DNA from: Trichoplax sp. H2 | Taxonomy: Eukaryota | Assembly (NCBI GenBank): GCA_003344405.1 | Contig: NOWV01000002.1 | Location: 434,001 to 498,000 of the forward strand | Direction: 5' to 3' | Length of the DNA stretch: 64,000 bases | Part shown: piece by piece, positions 37,701-51,565 of the stretch | Numbering within the stretch: the stretch's first letter is position 1 | How the letters are laid out: every line of letters begins with the position of its first letter | Notes under the pieces: model-generated | What the model was told of the DNA's origin: nothing | Databases searched by the model: none | The model's input: the letters and a program-made list of their open reading frames with translations, nothing else | Position numbers and translations under genes: made by a program

Positions 37701-40377
37701 TAAAGAATGGACTATGTAATAAACTTGATGAGACAACTAGACATTAGAATATTTAAAATTTAAACTGTAAAATTTTTATTCTGTAATAAGAATAAAATAA
37801 AACAACTATTACCTATAGCTAACCAAATCAATTTTATCGACAAATTGGACTATTTCTTGCTAAACAATACCACAAACCTCTTACTAAACAATATCACAAA
37901 CCCTTTAGTAAATTTGGTTACTATATTCTTGAGATATTGTTGTCTTCTCTACATTAGTATTATCAACTGAGGACGCTTTTGCTTCAATTTCGTTTCGTAT
38001 CCGTAAGATCTTATCGCGTAAAATATTTTACGTCTATAATTTGTAAAAATTTTAGGCCTGAGGTATTTCAATTTTATTTTTAGATTAACGGTCGTGTAGC
38101 AGGATGGAACGATAATTAAAGTAAATAAATAAGATCATACTTGCTATTTTTGTTTTTGCTCTACTTTCCTTGTAATGCATTATTTGGTAAGGCTAAATAA
38201 AGAGAGCAGCACTTATAAAAGATACGAAATAACAAGACTATTAATTATCGTACCATCATAAAACAGCAATAATGCATTAGACCATATATTATGTAATACG
38301 TAAGAGATAAAATAGTTAAAAAATTTAGTAACCAAATTTTAGAATACTGTACCGTATCAAAATCAATAGATCTAGAAGTAGCTGAAAAAGTAAAAGATCT
38401 CATCATTTCTCATTTTGAAAACTAAGACTTTTAGTCTTAGATAACATAAAAAAAAGTTTGAATTACGTTAGTGGTTAACACTGTTAAATTTTATTTATTC
38501 CTATCCAAAATCGATTCAAATTGGTCCATAAAAGAAGTATCACTATTATTAGTAGTAGTATTTGTAAAAGTAAAGAAACAGAAAAATCCGGTAGACGCAC
38601 ACATGATATAGTACTATGAACGGAAGAGAAAATATTCTTTTAAAAAACTAAATAAAGAATCGATATGTGATATTTTCAAAAGATGCACCGTCATCAATTA
38701 ATCTATAGAGTATCGATGTAAGAGATCAATATCAAGTTTATTTGCTATATCCATAAGCGCGATTTATAAGTTAATACTAAACAGAATACTCAATATTTAC
38801 GTTGAAATATCAATTTTGTTAACCACATAAACGATTGCCTGGATAGTTAAACAGAGCATATATTTCAGTTGCAGTCAGTTTTAAACAAAATTCAGAATCA
38901 TTCAATTACATGACAACATATGTCTATATAATTTTATTCATTATTATTGACTTAAAACTCATTTATTATTTTAATAATCCCTCCCATATTTTCTATCTCT
39001 CCACCCACTCTACAATTTCAATTACCATTGTTGAATAAAGAGAATAAGTTTCTTTTTCTACTTTACAGAAATTGATAAAGCTAGTCAAGAGAGAAAGACA
39101 GACAGAATCGTAAAAAATCAAAAAATGAAAACATATGCTACCTTTCACGTCGAGAAATATCTCTTGTTTGGAAATTACTTAATCAATTTATCATAAATGA
39201 ATGATTTAAAGTAGAAAATTTATGACTTCACATACTATAGTCCATGACTTAAAATTAGAATTGGTTAGGATTTAAAATGATAATCAATTGAAATTTTTTA
39301 TTGGCTATATGAATTATTATTGACAGTATTACCTCAGGCTTGAGAATTAGGTATTGGAAATATCCTATCATAATAGAGGGAAAATATGGAAATCTTCTTC
39401 CGCAATGTCAATATATGTTATGTTATATTATAAATACGTCGACTAATTAAATATCGTAGATTGAGTCATGGTTGCGTATTTTTGGTTATGTGATATGAAA
39501 TTGATCGCGGTCTAAGAATAACAGTTATTACAAGTTAGACTGTATATCAACGAATAAAGAAGTATATATAAATTTGTTCTCATATACAAATAATGATAAT
39601 ATGATTGCAAGTAGGTAAACAAGAAAAAAGAGAAATATCGTAAGTGGGTGCTACTACCTGATTTCTTGGATGAATCTTTTATTTCCATTTATAATGATAA
39701 ATCGCCACTGATGTCACTTAGGTTATCGTCGCAACAAAGTAGATATATTTATAATTATTCATATTTCGTAGACTTCACCCAAAAAATTTAATATATCATC
39801 GATGGATATTAGAATGCTGTCATAATAATATAAACAAATACTATAAAGAAAGTTATCTATAATGAAGCCATTACCTATATGTATCTGCATGCATATGCGT
39901 ATGCATTATCTTAGTGATATATTAACTTTTCGATAGTAAGCTACAATTGCCAAACGTTATAATGAAACAATTGCAAGATATCAATGCATAATAACAGCAA
40001 TGATTAATTGATTTCCATTTCTCCACCTCCAATTAAATCAGAAAACATTTCAACCATAAGATAATACATCTATATATGATTGGATTTTTTTTTCATTTCC
40101 TTCCTTGCTTGACTTACAGCGTTATTCAATTGATTTGAATGCAACTATTATCCTTATTTGATCTATTGATATTTAACTTCAATTGGATTCAATTGCACAT
40201 GTTATTATTGCAATCTATTGATTGCTTGTCAATGTGTCGAAGGTTGATATTGAGATAGGAAATCAATCACGACAATATTGTCAATAGTATAATTGTTTTA
40301 ATGTTTAATTAAAAAAAGCAACACGTTATAATTAGCCGATCACATCAGACGGTTAAAATACAATGCCCGTCCAACTG

Positions 40378-40475
40378 TATATAAGCTTGGCCAATTGACT
40401 TTCGTTAGTCATATTTAACTCGACGATTTCTCTTGTTGAAACTGATTTAAAAAAAATTGGGCAATCTTTCATCAG
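40378..40475 (+). promoter_or_regulatory. TATA box, Inr-like site and non-coding first exon of the YF/GPP-amide precursor gene
   Basis: tatataag at 40378, ttagtc with its A at 40407 (29 nt downstream) and a strong donor cag|gtaagc at 40475/6. The proposed matching acceptor ends at 42612, 5 nt before the ATG. Confidence 0.55.
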
Positions 40476-42617
40476 GTAAGCTAATTTTCATTTTATCTTT
40501 CTCAAAGATTGATAATATATTCTTCTCATTAAATATACGAGTGGAAAAATGACACCATAAAATTGCCATTCCAATCATTAATACGATTTAATTACGTTTT
40601 TCGATAGTATCATTTGATTTATTAGGATAGCAGTTAATTTAGAATGACTTTCTTTTCACTTTATTCTCATCACTTCTATAAGTTATAAAAAAGGTATTTT
40701 TCAGTGATAGAGCAAGTTCATCTTTATGTAAGCAATTTGTGAAAGGTGATAAAGATTTAGATCTACGTTTACTATAGTTAAATATTCTTGTTACTATTGC
40801 TTCCATAGCTTGGATCAAGTACGAAGAAAGTAATTACATGATATGTCCTCAAACATTTGTTTTCAAGTTAATCGTAGATAACTGACACATTCCGATAGGT
40901 CTTATCCTGATAGTAATGGATAAGTCATACATATAAGATGAATTAGAGTCAAATGGAGTCAATATCAATATGAAATTTAACTATTTCCCTACTAATTGAG
41001 ACATTGTTAACTGATAGATTCATTCATGACAGGAAATTAACACGTTTACTTACTTAGACTACTTAAAGTGAAAAAATAGTGTTGCCACTAGCATTAATAT
41101 TAAAGATAGTTTTATGGCAAGCGCGATTTAATATTAATATTTAATAGCATTTTCTGAAGGTATGCTAACTCCTCTTACCCTTTCAATACCTACATCATAT
41201 TTACCAATAAGTTCATAATTTTTATCATGTGGGATGGTTAAGACAACAACTATCATTTCATTCAATCTTTCTTAACTTGATTATGAATATGTTTATAGCC
41301 ATCGTTTATTAAATCTATTAAAATGAAGCTAGCTATTGACAACAGCAAGATATATACAATTTATTTTTTTATTCATAGAAAAATTATTAAATCCTGTAGC
41401 CATGTTTCTTGTATCTACTGATATAAATATTCAATACTTTATGGCATTTTCTGTTTAGCCAGTATGCTTTCTTTAATAAAAATGAATACATATAGAAATT
41501 TATTTAGATACATTATGTATTTGCAATCAGAATCATTGTTAACTTTGCCTTACTTGAATATCATTGAAGATAATACCTACTTTATGTAAATTCAAGTAGA
41601 CAACTATGGCATTCTCTAGACTTTATTTAATATAAGATTGTATTTATATCCAGACGGCAGCTTATTTTGATTAGAAATTCATTAAAAAAAATATAATTGT
41701 TGAAGTTGTGAATCAATCCCCTAATTAGACTCTGCAAAGTGTTATGTCTATTCATGCATGGGTGCAGTACTTAACTATTCATAGCACTGAAACATAGGAA
41801 AAATGTTTCCTATACCTCATCATTATTTCAGAAAGTACAGAAAATATGAAAATTTTCCTAATTTATGTTGCAGTGTAGTGACTTCTTCCTTATCTAGTCG
41901 ATGATTGCTTTTAATTATGGCTTGATCTTCTCATTAGCTATTGATTAAATTATAATTTACTATATTTAATACTATTTTCAGGCTGAAATCTGATAGGCTT
42001 TCTTTAGTATTACCATTTTTAATTTAATCATAGGTTATATCCTTCCTTTTCTGTCATCACTCTGATTTATTTGAAATTCAATGGATCAAATAAAATCTAT
42101 GTAATATTTTCTATTCCTATTAGCTATAACGTGCATAGACAATGTCATTAACGTTAGCAATAATCTTGATTTAATAAAAAGGAAACAAAGGATACCTTGA
42201 TATAAAACGTTGCAGTTACTGTTCGATCAATACTTACTGTTGCATAATGGTATTGATTTTTGATTAAATTAACCTTTCTTTTCCTATGAAACTAAATATA
42301 TAAGAATTTACAGTATTAAACACCTACGATTTCTTCTAGGAATACATATATAAAGACATAATAATTCAATATTTTGCGTCTATCATTTCATCCTTTGATT
42401 GCTACTTCATCGATGTAGGCATTTATTTTTTTTTGTAATACCCTACAGCTAAAATACTTTGTTTCATGTACACCTGTTTTCTTCAAATAAAAACTGATAT
42501 TCCTAAATTAATTTAGTTAACGGCAAGTTATTGCCTTAAAAATTATTGTTGATTTCCAATCACATATATCTATCCTTCTTCTAATCTTTACTATTTTAAC
42601 TTTATTATGTAGATATC

Positions 42618-43372
42618 ATGGTAAAATTACTGATTCTTGTTGCTTTGGTAGCTATTCTTGCTACGACTATTGAAGGTAAAGTAAAATAAGGATTACCTGG
42701 ACTGATATACTGACCTCAATATAACAGTTTTAATTTAGGAATTCAGAACATTATTCTCATAAAAATTTTTTTTATCAACTACATAGTCTCTACTTTCTTC
42801 TTATATACAATTATCCTTTTAATAAATCACTATTTTGGTGTCGACTTTTTAAGTTTACTCATTTAATCGGACACAGAATACTGTACTGTCGAATCTAATA
42901 ATGATTATTACCATCATCGGAAAGCTATTACCAGATTAATTTTTTGTCCATACCTTAATATTACCAGTGTGCTCAGCTTTTACCACCCACTAGTAATAGC
43001 ATATACGTAGCGTCTAAGAAAACGAAGAAAGCGAAATATATCTCATTTTTTTGTGACATTAAAATGTATCCAAACTATCTCTCATAATAAACAAAATTGA
43101 TAGATTGAGTTCAATCATTTTCTACAATGATAACAGGTAAAGCTATTAAACAATCTCAGCCTATGGATTTGGGTCTTATCTACTCTGGTTTTCAAGGACC
43201 TCCAGGCAAACGCCAAATAGATTGGAATTATTTCAAAAGAAGTCCATTACGCTATTTCAGAAGATTGGATGGTGACTACATATTGGTAAGGCAAGACGAT
43301 CTTTTGGATAGCTATTTCAAGAAATCAGCTGATAGGACACAGCCGGCACTCGATGAAACTTTCTCACCATAA
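42618..43372 (+). CDS. Secreted prepropeptide, 97 aa (GPP-amide plus YF peptides), 2 coding exons (42618-42675, 43137-43372)
   Basis: MVKLLILVALVAILATTIEG-KAIKQSQPMDLGLIYSGFQGPP-GKR-QIDWNYF-KR-SPLRYF-RR-LDGDYILV-R-QDDLLDSYF-KK-SADRTQPALDETFSP*. It has a signal peptide, a canonical phase-1 GT-AG intron, four dibasic sites and one amidation Gly. Confidence 0.85.
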
Positions 43373-45839
43373 ATGGTTAGTATACTACTACAGCGTGATA
43401 CCTTTAAAATGCAAGTTGTTATTTATCCGAGATATTATTCACTATCGATGCTAACTGAATCATTTTTTTATCTATTTCAATGGGTTATTAGCCTTACGAT
43501 GACGAGGAAGAAAAGAAGGGATATTATAATACACATTGAATAGTGATTTGAAAGTAATCTTCCAAAAAGTTATAAATGACTTGCTTCACGAATCAAATCG
43601 CCTATACCGACTTATGGAATATATATTTAAAATTCGTATAAATTATTGCTAGATCATGACGTTAATGATATGATTCTGTTATTGTATGTAGAGTTAGTAT
43701 ATTCATAATAATGTTCGTGTAATAGGTAGGAAAAATTAGTTAGAAAATCTGAAAATTATACAATCGAATACCACTCTAGCTGTAACAGAGAACTTGGCCA
43801 TTTTAAGTTAGTTACAGTAAACAGATTATGTAGACATTTTTCATAGTAATGAAAATAATATATGGCAATGATGATATAATTACCAAATTCCCTATTGAAA
43901 TTTTCTTTCTCGCTCTCTTCCTCTCTATGATTCTATCTACACTTACATGCTCCCCATTTCACAACAATGATAATGTATGATGTTCAGTATACTCTAGTAC
44001 AGTATAATATCTGAACTCTAACATTTTTAAACAGCTTCTATCAATGGCTATCGCTTACCATTAAAATGATGAAATAGAATAAAATCGCAATAAAATAATA
44101 AATACTTAATATCCACGGAAAATCTCGGCTTATTGAATTGTTTCTTATTCTGAAAAAATTGAATATGCAACATTTAAATTGTTGGTAGCATCTTTTAGTT
44201 TATAGAAAATAGAAAACTTTAATTAATTTGATAGTGAGTGTAATAAATGGCTATAATTAATTATTTATTACAACTATACTGATACTGAAGATGAGACAGA
44301 TTAAGTGGTTGAAAGTTGACATCATAAAATGCAAAAATGTCATTAAATTTATTTGTATTAACACTTCTGATACTGTTATCTACTAGCTCCTTCCTAATTG
44401 ATATACACATGCATGCATATATCAATAAAGTTATAATTCATTCCGTGCAGGTCATGAAAATAGAATTAAAACGAAGAATAAGTTCTTAATTCGTAGGCTA
44501 CTATGGAAAATTATTATGACTATAATGACGGTATAAAGCTAGGAAGATTGCCACAGTTAAGCGCCAAAATGACAAAATTTTAATCGTGTACTATAGTCTT
44601 TGCTTATTTCATGTGATAAATATCATAGCAATTTAATATACAAAATACCTAATGCGGACATAAGATTTAGACTTAGTTTGATCTTTGGTAATAGCGATAT
44701 CGCAACTATAAAATATGAGAAAGTTGAAAATAAAGAATTTTTGTAACTTGCATCGGAATTGTGATTTAATACCATAGAAAGCACCATCAATTGCTTGATA
44801 TTTCTATTTTTCGTAGAATAGTAGTGTTGAAATTAGCAAAAGCTTTCTCTGAAATACCGGCATGCTGATGGAATTTGTAAGCTACCTCAAGTGAATACTC
44901 GTATATCTAATTTATCACTGTCGCCAATATCATCGACATATTATAGTCCTTCCTTTTGATAATAATTTACCGTGATAGTTGCCTAAATTTTTCCATAGAG
45001 ATAACTTACTAAATTTTTGAGATTTTGCTTGTAAGCTAAGAGCATTTTAAATTCTTAATGTTATGAATAACCTTTAAATAGTGGGGAAATTTCAAATGTT
45101 GAAGGTAAATTAGAAATAACACTATCAAAGAAAGGACCTTGTGCCAAAAACATTTGAGGTGTTTGATTAAAAATCCATAAAATTTCTAAGCTGCTGTTGT
45201 ATCTCGAATCTTAAAGGTAAATTAAATTAACATGGGATGAATTTAGTCCGGCTTTTGCGTGTACGAGTATAGTGCACTTTCAGAGGGAAAGAAAGTGATC
45301 TTGCCATGCCAGTACCGCTATCCGTAGGATTAAAGAATTTCGGTTAATAATGTTAATACGGTGCTATTTTTAACAGGTAATAGCGTATGAAGAAAGTAGA
45401 TTTAATCTTTGTTCTAATCCATTTATGGATTGCAGTATTATGACAATCGTATAGCTCAAGGTCTTAGCGTAGTTAGTCATATCGTATTAAAAATGCTTTC
45501 CTAAGCCACTCATTTGGAGGATAGTTACCATTTATATCAGCAGTAAAGTTTTGGTAATTGACGACTCGAATATTTTCCATTTGAAACAAAGTTATTGTAG
45601 CTATATCTGATCGTCTAATGAAGCTAATTGTTTGCTATGCATAACGATTCCAATGCAATTTTAATGAAATTACCAAGGTATTATCGGCAACTGCCAGTAT
45701 TACTTTGAAAATGATGCAGTAATAGCATTTATGTCTAAAGAAAATATTGTCATAAACCACACTTGCGATAGAGATTTATAGAGAACTCTAACATAAGATA
45801 AGTTACTTATTTAAATCTACTTTCCCTATTTTTTCAATC

Positions 45840-46354
45840 TGTATGCGAGCGATATAAAGAGCTCGATTTCTCGGTTGTGCTTCACAGACAACTGATTAAT
45901 TGCTACACTTTTCTTTACATTACCACTCCTGTACACTTCTTAAGCAATTGCTACTTTATTTTACAACACACGTTTAAGTAGATTTCTACAGTGAATTCTA
46001 GTGTTAACTGGAATTCATATATTACAAGTTAAATAAATTAGTGGTTGCAGCTAGATAATCCTTAGTAGTTGTAAGACGAACCTAATCTTATGTAATAAAG
46101 TAAGATTTACAAGAAACTGTAGTTCTTGTTGTATTTTAAAGAAGACGCTTTATCACAACTTTGTATACGAGTGATACATGAGAACTCGGTTTCTCGGCTA
46201 CACCACAGAGCGTAGACACAGGCAACTGATTAGTTACTACATCTTCCTTTAAGTTACGATCCTTATACGCTTCGTAAGCAATTAATTTATTTTACTGCCG
46301 CATACTGTTCAGTAGATTTCCGCAGTGAACTTCAATGTTAATAGGCATGAATTC
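45840..46354. repeat. Old direct duplication, ~175-190 bp (45840-46016 / 46162-46354)
   Basis: The blocks tttctcgg, caactgatta, taagcaatt, agtagatttc, cagtgaa and tgttaa occur in the same order in both copies. Confidence 0.6.
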
Positions 46355-49300
46355 TTATTTTTGTATTCTATTATATATGTTATATACAGTGGAAGGCTTA
46401 ACTAGTTACTAGAAGCTGGACTTTGAATGAACGTTTAGAGGCTCTAGAAGTTCGAAAGATGTTATTTACATTCATACTTCATCATATGCTTGATTGCATT
46501 GATGAAATATGAATGTAAATAACATCTTTTGAACTTCTATAGCTAATAGGCTAACAGGTGTTGAAGTAATCATCCTTCGATCTTAGATGGTTCTATTGTT
46601 AGAGCTTAGCACACTTTTCAATCTATAGTAAATTAGCTTGCAATAGTTTGTATTTCATGTTACGATTCTACTACCGTAGTAAAAATTATAAGCTCAGCAA
46701 GATTAAGCTTAAACATCAAACATAGCATATGACCTTATCTGGACTATTTAAATGTATTTATTATTCACTAATCAATAACTCAATAGGCGACACAGTACTG
46801 TGATAAATTTACCAATGTCTCCAGAGTAAGCTTAAATGTAGATCATTTAATCGGGTAGTGCCAATGCCAATGCGAGATAGTGCACTAGAATCTAACTTTG
46901 AGAATTAATTTACTTTGGATGTAATAGGAAATTAGCTTTGATAGTACCTTATTGCGACAGTGTTATGTACTGTATTAGAGTAGAAATATCTATGTTAGGA
47001 TAATTCTGTTAGCCTATCCTTATTTAGTTAACTTCTAATTTGGATATACTGTGTTTTAATATAGCACTGACTTTTTATGACAGCGACACTTTATATACCT
47101 ACTGAAATTAATAGTTATAATAGGGAATGCAAATCATCTACTTACAGTTAGAATCATTGTGATTGTAATTTACTTATGGTAGATCGTAAATTATCATGGA
47201 AATGTTCCGTGATTGGACATATCGTAATCTGACTATTCTGTATTAGTCATTACATGTCTATGTTCGTAAATACTGTTGTCTGCATTAAGGTAGCAGTAGC
47301 TAAAATTAATATCTAATTCAGTAAATGATTCCAATGTTAATTGTATTAACTATGACTCATGAACTATTGAGGAATAGTATATAAATGCAGCATATCGTGA
47401 AATAAAGTAAATTCTCAAACTTAGTGTTTAACGTAAAATACGAGACATTTAAGTCTTTGCGTAATCTGGTAGTAGAGCAAAAGTGTTTGTGATAGTGTAG
47501 ATATCGTTCCTTGATACGTGGTTTAAGGAATTGACTTATTGATCGTATATTACGTTGTCTTGTTGCAAAGCTGTTTTGTGACACCTATACAGATCTAACT
47601 GATAAACCCTTTTCAAATTTCCTGACATGGAATCATTAATGATTGCAACATTTCGCTGACCGGAATGCTATACTATATTGCCGGCAAGTATACCTAGGAA
47701 TAAGATACTATTGGCTCCTCTATTATGAGTTGACTAATGTTTCATAGGCCTTATTACAACGTCTTTAACTCCAGGATATTGGAAGGATATGGCTAGCTAA
47801 CAGTATAGTAGTACTTCAGAACGAACATGAAACTTTTAACTATAGATTTAGTGATTGTGAAATCTCTATAAATTAATAGTATCTTTGCTAAAAACTGGAA
47901 ATGCTAAAAAGATAAAAAACTACACAGGAATTCCTTACATACCTCCGTACTTTATAAACAAGCAATTTTCAAATTAATTTTTAATCGTAATTCTTTACTG
48001 ATGTACCGGAATGTGTAAAAATGCATCTGTTAAATTTAATTTCCTACTGTTCTGCAGTCCGAACGCGCTGCTAATGTGTAGGTATTTATTGTTAATTCAA
48101 ATTACGGTATCGTAAGTTCTAATATGACTGGAATAAAATCGAATTCTTATACCGGGAAATAAGTATAGTGTATATATATTGATAACCTTCAATGATGAGA
48201 TAATGTTATGTTTTTCTAAGTGATAACATGCTGTAGAAGAGGTGTATTTATGGTGTTATAAAAAATGTGGTAAAAATAACGGGACTGGAACTTTGATTTC
48301 TCGTAAACTTCATTTTATGACGGTAGTGTATTTGAGAGAGAAGCAACTATATAGAGCAAATAAATGTAGTAAAATTAAACAGTTTATTATTTCATCACAT
48401 TGCATAAGTAAATCGATAAAAGATCAGAATTATCATAGAATAGCTCAAGCATATACAGTAGCTCAGCTTAAACTGTTTATCAACAGTACAGAACATGGTT
48501 CTATAATTAATATATCACAACCTAAATATACCACATCTTAGTTCTAAGCAACCATACAAAAAAAGGGGTATTATCGACTACAGTTCATAATCGATTGCTT
48601 CTCTAAAACAAGGCCTTTTACTACCGTAAACGGATTTTCCAGACAGATAGCTGCACATGATCTTACATACAATCGTACGTTTAAAAATTAATCTATTCCT
48701 TCTTTAACTAGGATACAGGGGCCAACTAACTACCGTACTCTAAATTCGTATCACAGATAGATCAGAACACATTCTCTAAATATGAAATACAAAATTTATG
48801 CTTCAATCTTGAACTAAGTAAAGACGACGTGATACTTAAAATACTAGAACGTCTTGACGGTTTACCGGTTGTACTGTTCATTCAAAGGAAAATCATGTAT
48901 TGAATATCATACAGGAAATAGTATTTGTTAGTTTAGGAGTAACTCGCTAGTGATTAGATGGAGTTAATATCTGGAGTTTATTATAATGAAAGAGGCAAAA
49001 TTAATAGAAGTTACGATTTATGATTCTAAATCTGCAGTTAATTATTTAAGATTTAAGGTTCAGCATTTATTGATTACATTGCTTTAAGAATTAATAGCTA
49101 TTCGTGCCAAATGGTTACGATATTTTTATATCTAGAATAACCAACTTAAATATAATTTCATATATAACTAATAAATTACAAAATTAAAATCAATTTGCTA
49201 TCTTAATTTATGGAAATAGACCTTATAAATTGCATATGGATGATCGATTATCGGAAAACTGTTATCGTGTGATAAAAGAAGTTAAGAGTGGTTACGTAAG

Positions 49301-51127
49301 GATATTTCATTTAAGCCGGCTCCTTAATATATCACTGCTGTACAACATGAAATGTAACAGTATTTCATACGAACTGTAGTTATAGGACATAGATTGGATA
49401 ATGTTAGTTTCTACATTTTACATACGGAGAAGATACCTAACGTATACACAACTGTAAGGAGGTGGTGTACTGTTGTATACGAATATTTTGCCTTAATTAC
49501 ATTGTATTATTTTAATAATTTAATAGAATAGTATTCATTTACATAGTTACAATTCTCTTGATAGGCACAGGGCTAGTATAGTGCAGTTTTATTCTGCAAG
49601 CAGCAAATAGAACTTGCATTACATCCAATCTATCAGGGATGTGTGTACAATATCTACACTTATTAGCCTAAAAATATCTAATGTATGGCACCAAAAACAG
49701 ATTATAAAGTCTTGTTATTAAAGCGATTACTTAGAAGATTTTATGATTATATTAAAGGATATCTCCACTATTCTATTCAATAAAAATATCAGTTTTATTC
49801 AACAATAATTTGAATGTAGAAAATTTTAATTGAATATGATAACTTATAAATCCTTATTACCATCTGCCGAAGACTCCTTATGAAAATGGAAAACTTTTCA
49901 ATATGCGTGTCAAAGTGTAACTTATAACTTCTAGATTGAGTTCAATAACTTTATAACAGTCTAGCAATAGCTGTTAGGCTTACTAAATATATTATAGCGG
50001 TAACAAGGCACTGGCTGCTACTGCTATAAATCAACGAAGGTTTGCAGGTAAAACAGATATGAATGGACTCATAGTATTGTTATCCTCGGTTAATTAAATT
50101 TTGTGCTATTGGTATGCGCCATTTATAATATCTGATTTAAATTAAGAAGATATCAGATCAATGATTAGTTGTTATCATAGATAAAGCGATAGAAATTTTA
50201 CTATCAACGAAGGAATCATTAACAAAATACATGTAAATTGACAGCGATATTTATTTTCCAGTTAATTAGAGCTCGTACTATTAATATGTGGGGGATATTT
50301 ATGCTAGATCTGCAATCTTTACTAATAACAATAGCTATAAATGGAAAGACTGCTTCTGCTACTTAACAGACGAACTAGAATAACGGTTGACTTTCATGAA
50401 ATAAAATGTATCATTTAGATCGTTTGTTGTTAATTTTATAAATTCAGGTAATAGCAATCTTACCTAGCAAAATAGCCTATAAATAGTATCATTCAAATTA
50501 AGGAAAGGTATTGCACAAAGACTACAAAGAAAAATACAATAAAATTATAATTAAATGTGTTATGTACTCTTGACAAATCTATTTTTAATCGTAAGTAAAA
50601 AATAAAGTTTACTATGACGAATTTATTCATTTTACGTTATTACTCATTATAAATTATAGACACTAAAGAATTTCATTACCTGTATAAAATTACAGATAGT
50701 ACAGCTTAATGATGATTTGGGCAATAATGTTTTGGAAAATTGCTATTAAATCTATCATTATCTAGAGTATCTAGATGGCTTTATAAGATCCATCTATTTC
50801 CAAGCATATTAAATTTTAATCAATGCGAAATTACTTTCCTTGAATATAATTTACATATTAAGCAATGAGCTGATTTTCAGACGTTTATATCTAATAAAGG
50901 AAATTAAATTACTTTTTTGTAGATACTAGACTACAGGGATTTCGATGTTAATATTTTACCATATTTTATTTAATTATTATTCAATTAGTACACAGATTGC
51001 CTTGTCTAAAAGCTGTAAAAATTATCTTCAATATAACTCTTCTGCACTATATTGATTTATTGTATGTGATATTTAAACTTTAACTTATGAAGTGGTCAGT
51101 ATTTCTTATGATTACTGAATATACATA

Positions 51128-51565
51128 CTACCAAGTTGTAATAATGTTTAACAAATTATTATCATCGGGATGAATTTTAGTCATAACTATATCATTAATA
51201 AGCAATTTAATAAATAATATTTCAGTTATGATTATTAAATATTCCTTATAATAACAAAAAGGAAATATGATAGCAAAGAGAAGGAAAGTGCTAAAAATTA
51301 ATACTTTACAACTTGACGCTTCATCATACTGCAAGATAAAATCCACTATCATTGTGATGAAATAATATCATAACAACATCAAAATAATATACAGAATTCT
51401 AGAGGTGTTAGTCATTAGTTCAAAATATTTATCAGATCAAAAATTTGATAGTTAAAATACTTCGCTATTGTCGATACTCTATTAATGAATGATAGAGGCA
51501 CGTTGTGCGTACACTTAGGATATAATACTGAGCACAAATAGAATTGCGTAACAAATTGTATTATT
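51128..51565 (-). pseudogene. Possible decayed rhodopsin-like GPCR fragment (TM3-TM5)
   Basis: NNTICYAILFVLSIIS*VYAQRASIIH**SID, then MTNTSRILYIILMLL(TGA)YY, a Cys, and FSTFLLFAIIFPFCYYK. Confidence 0.25.
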
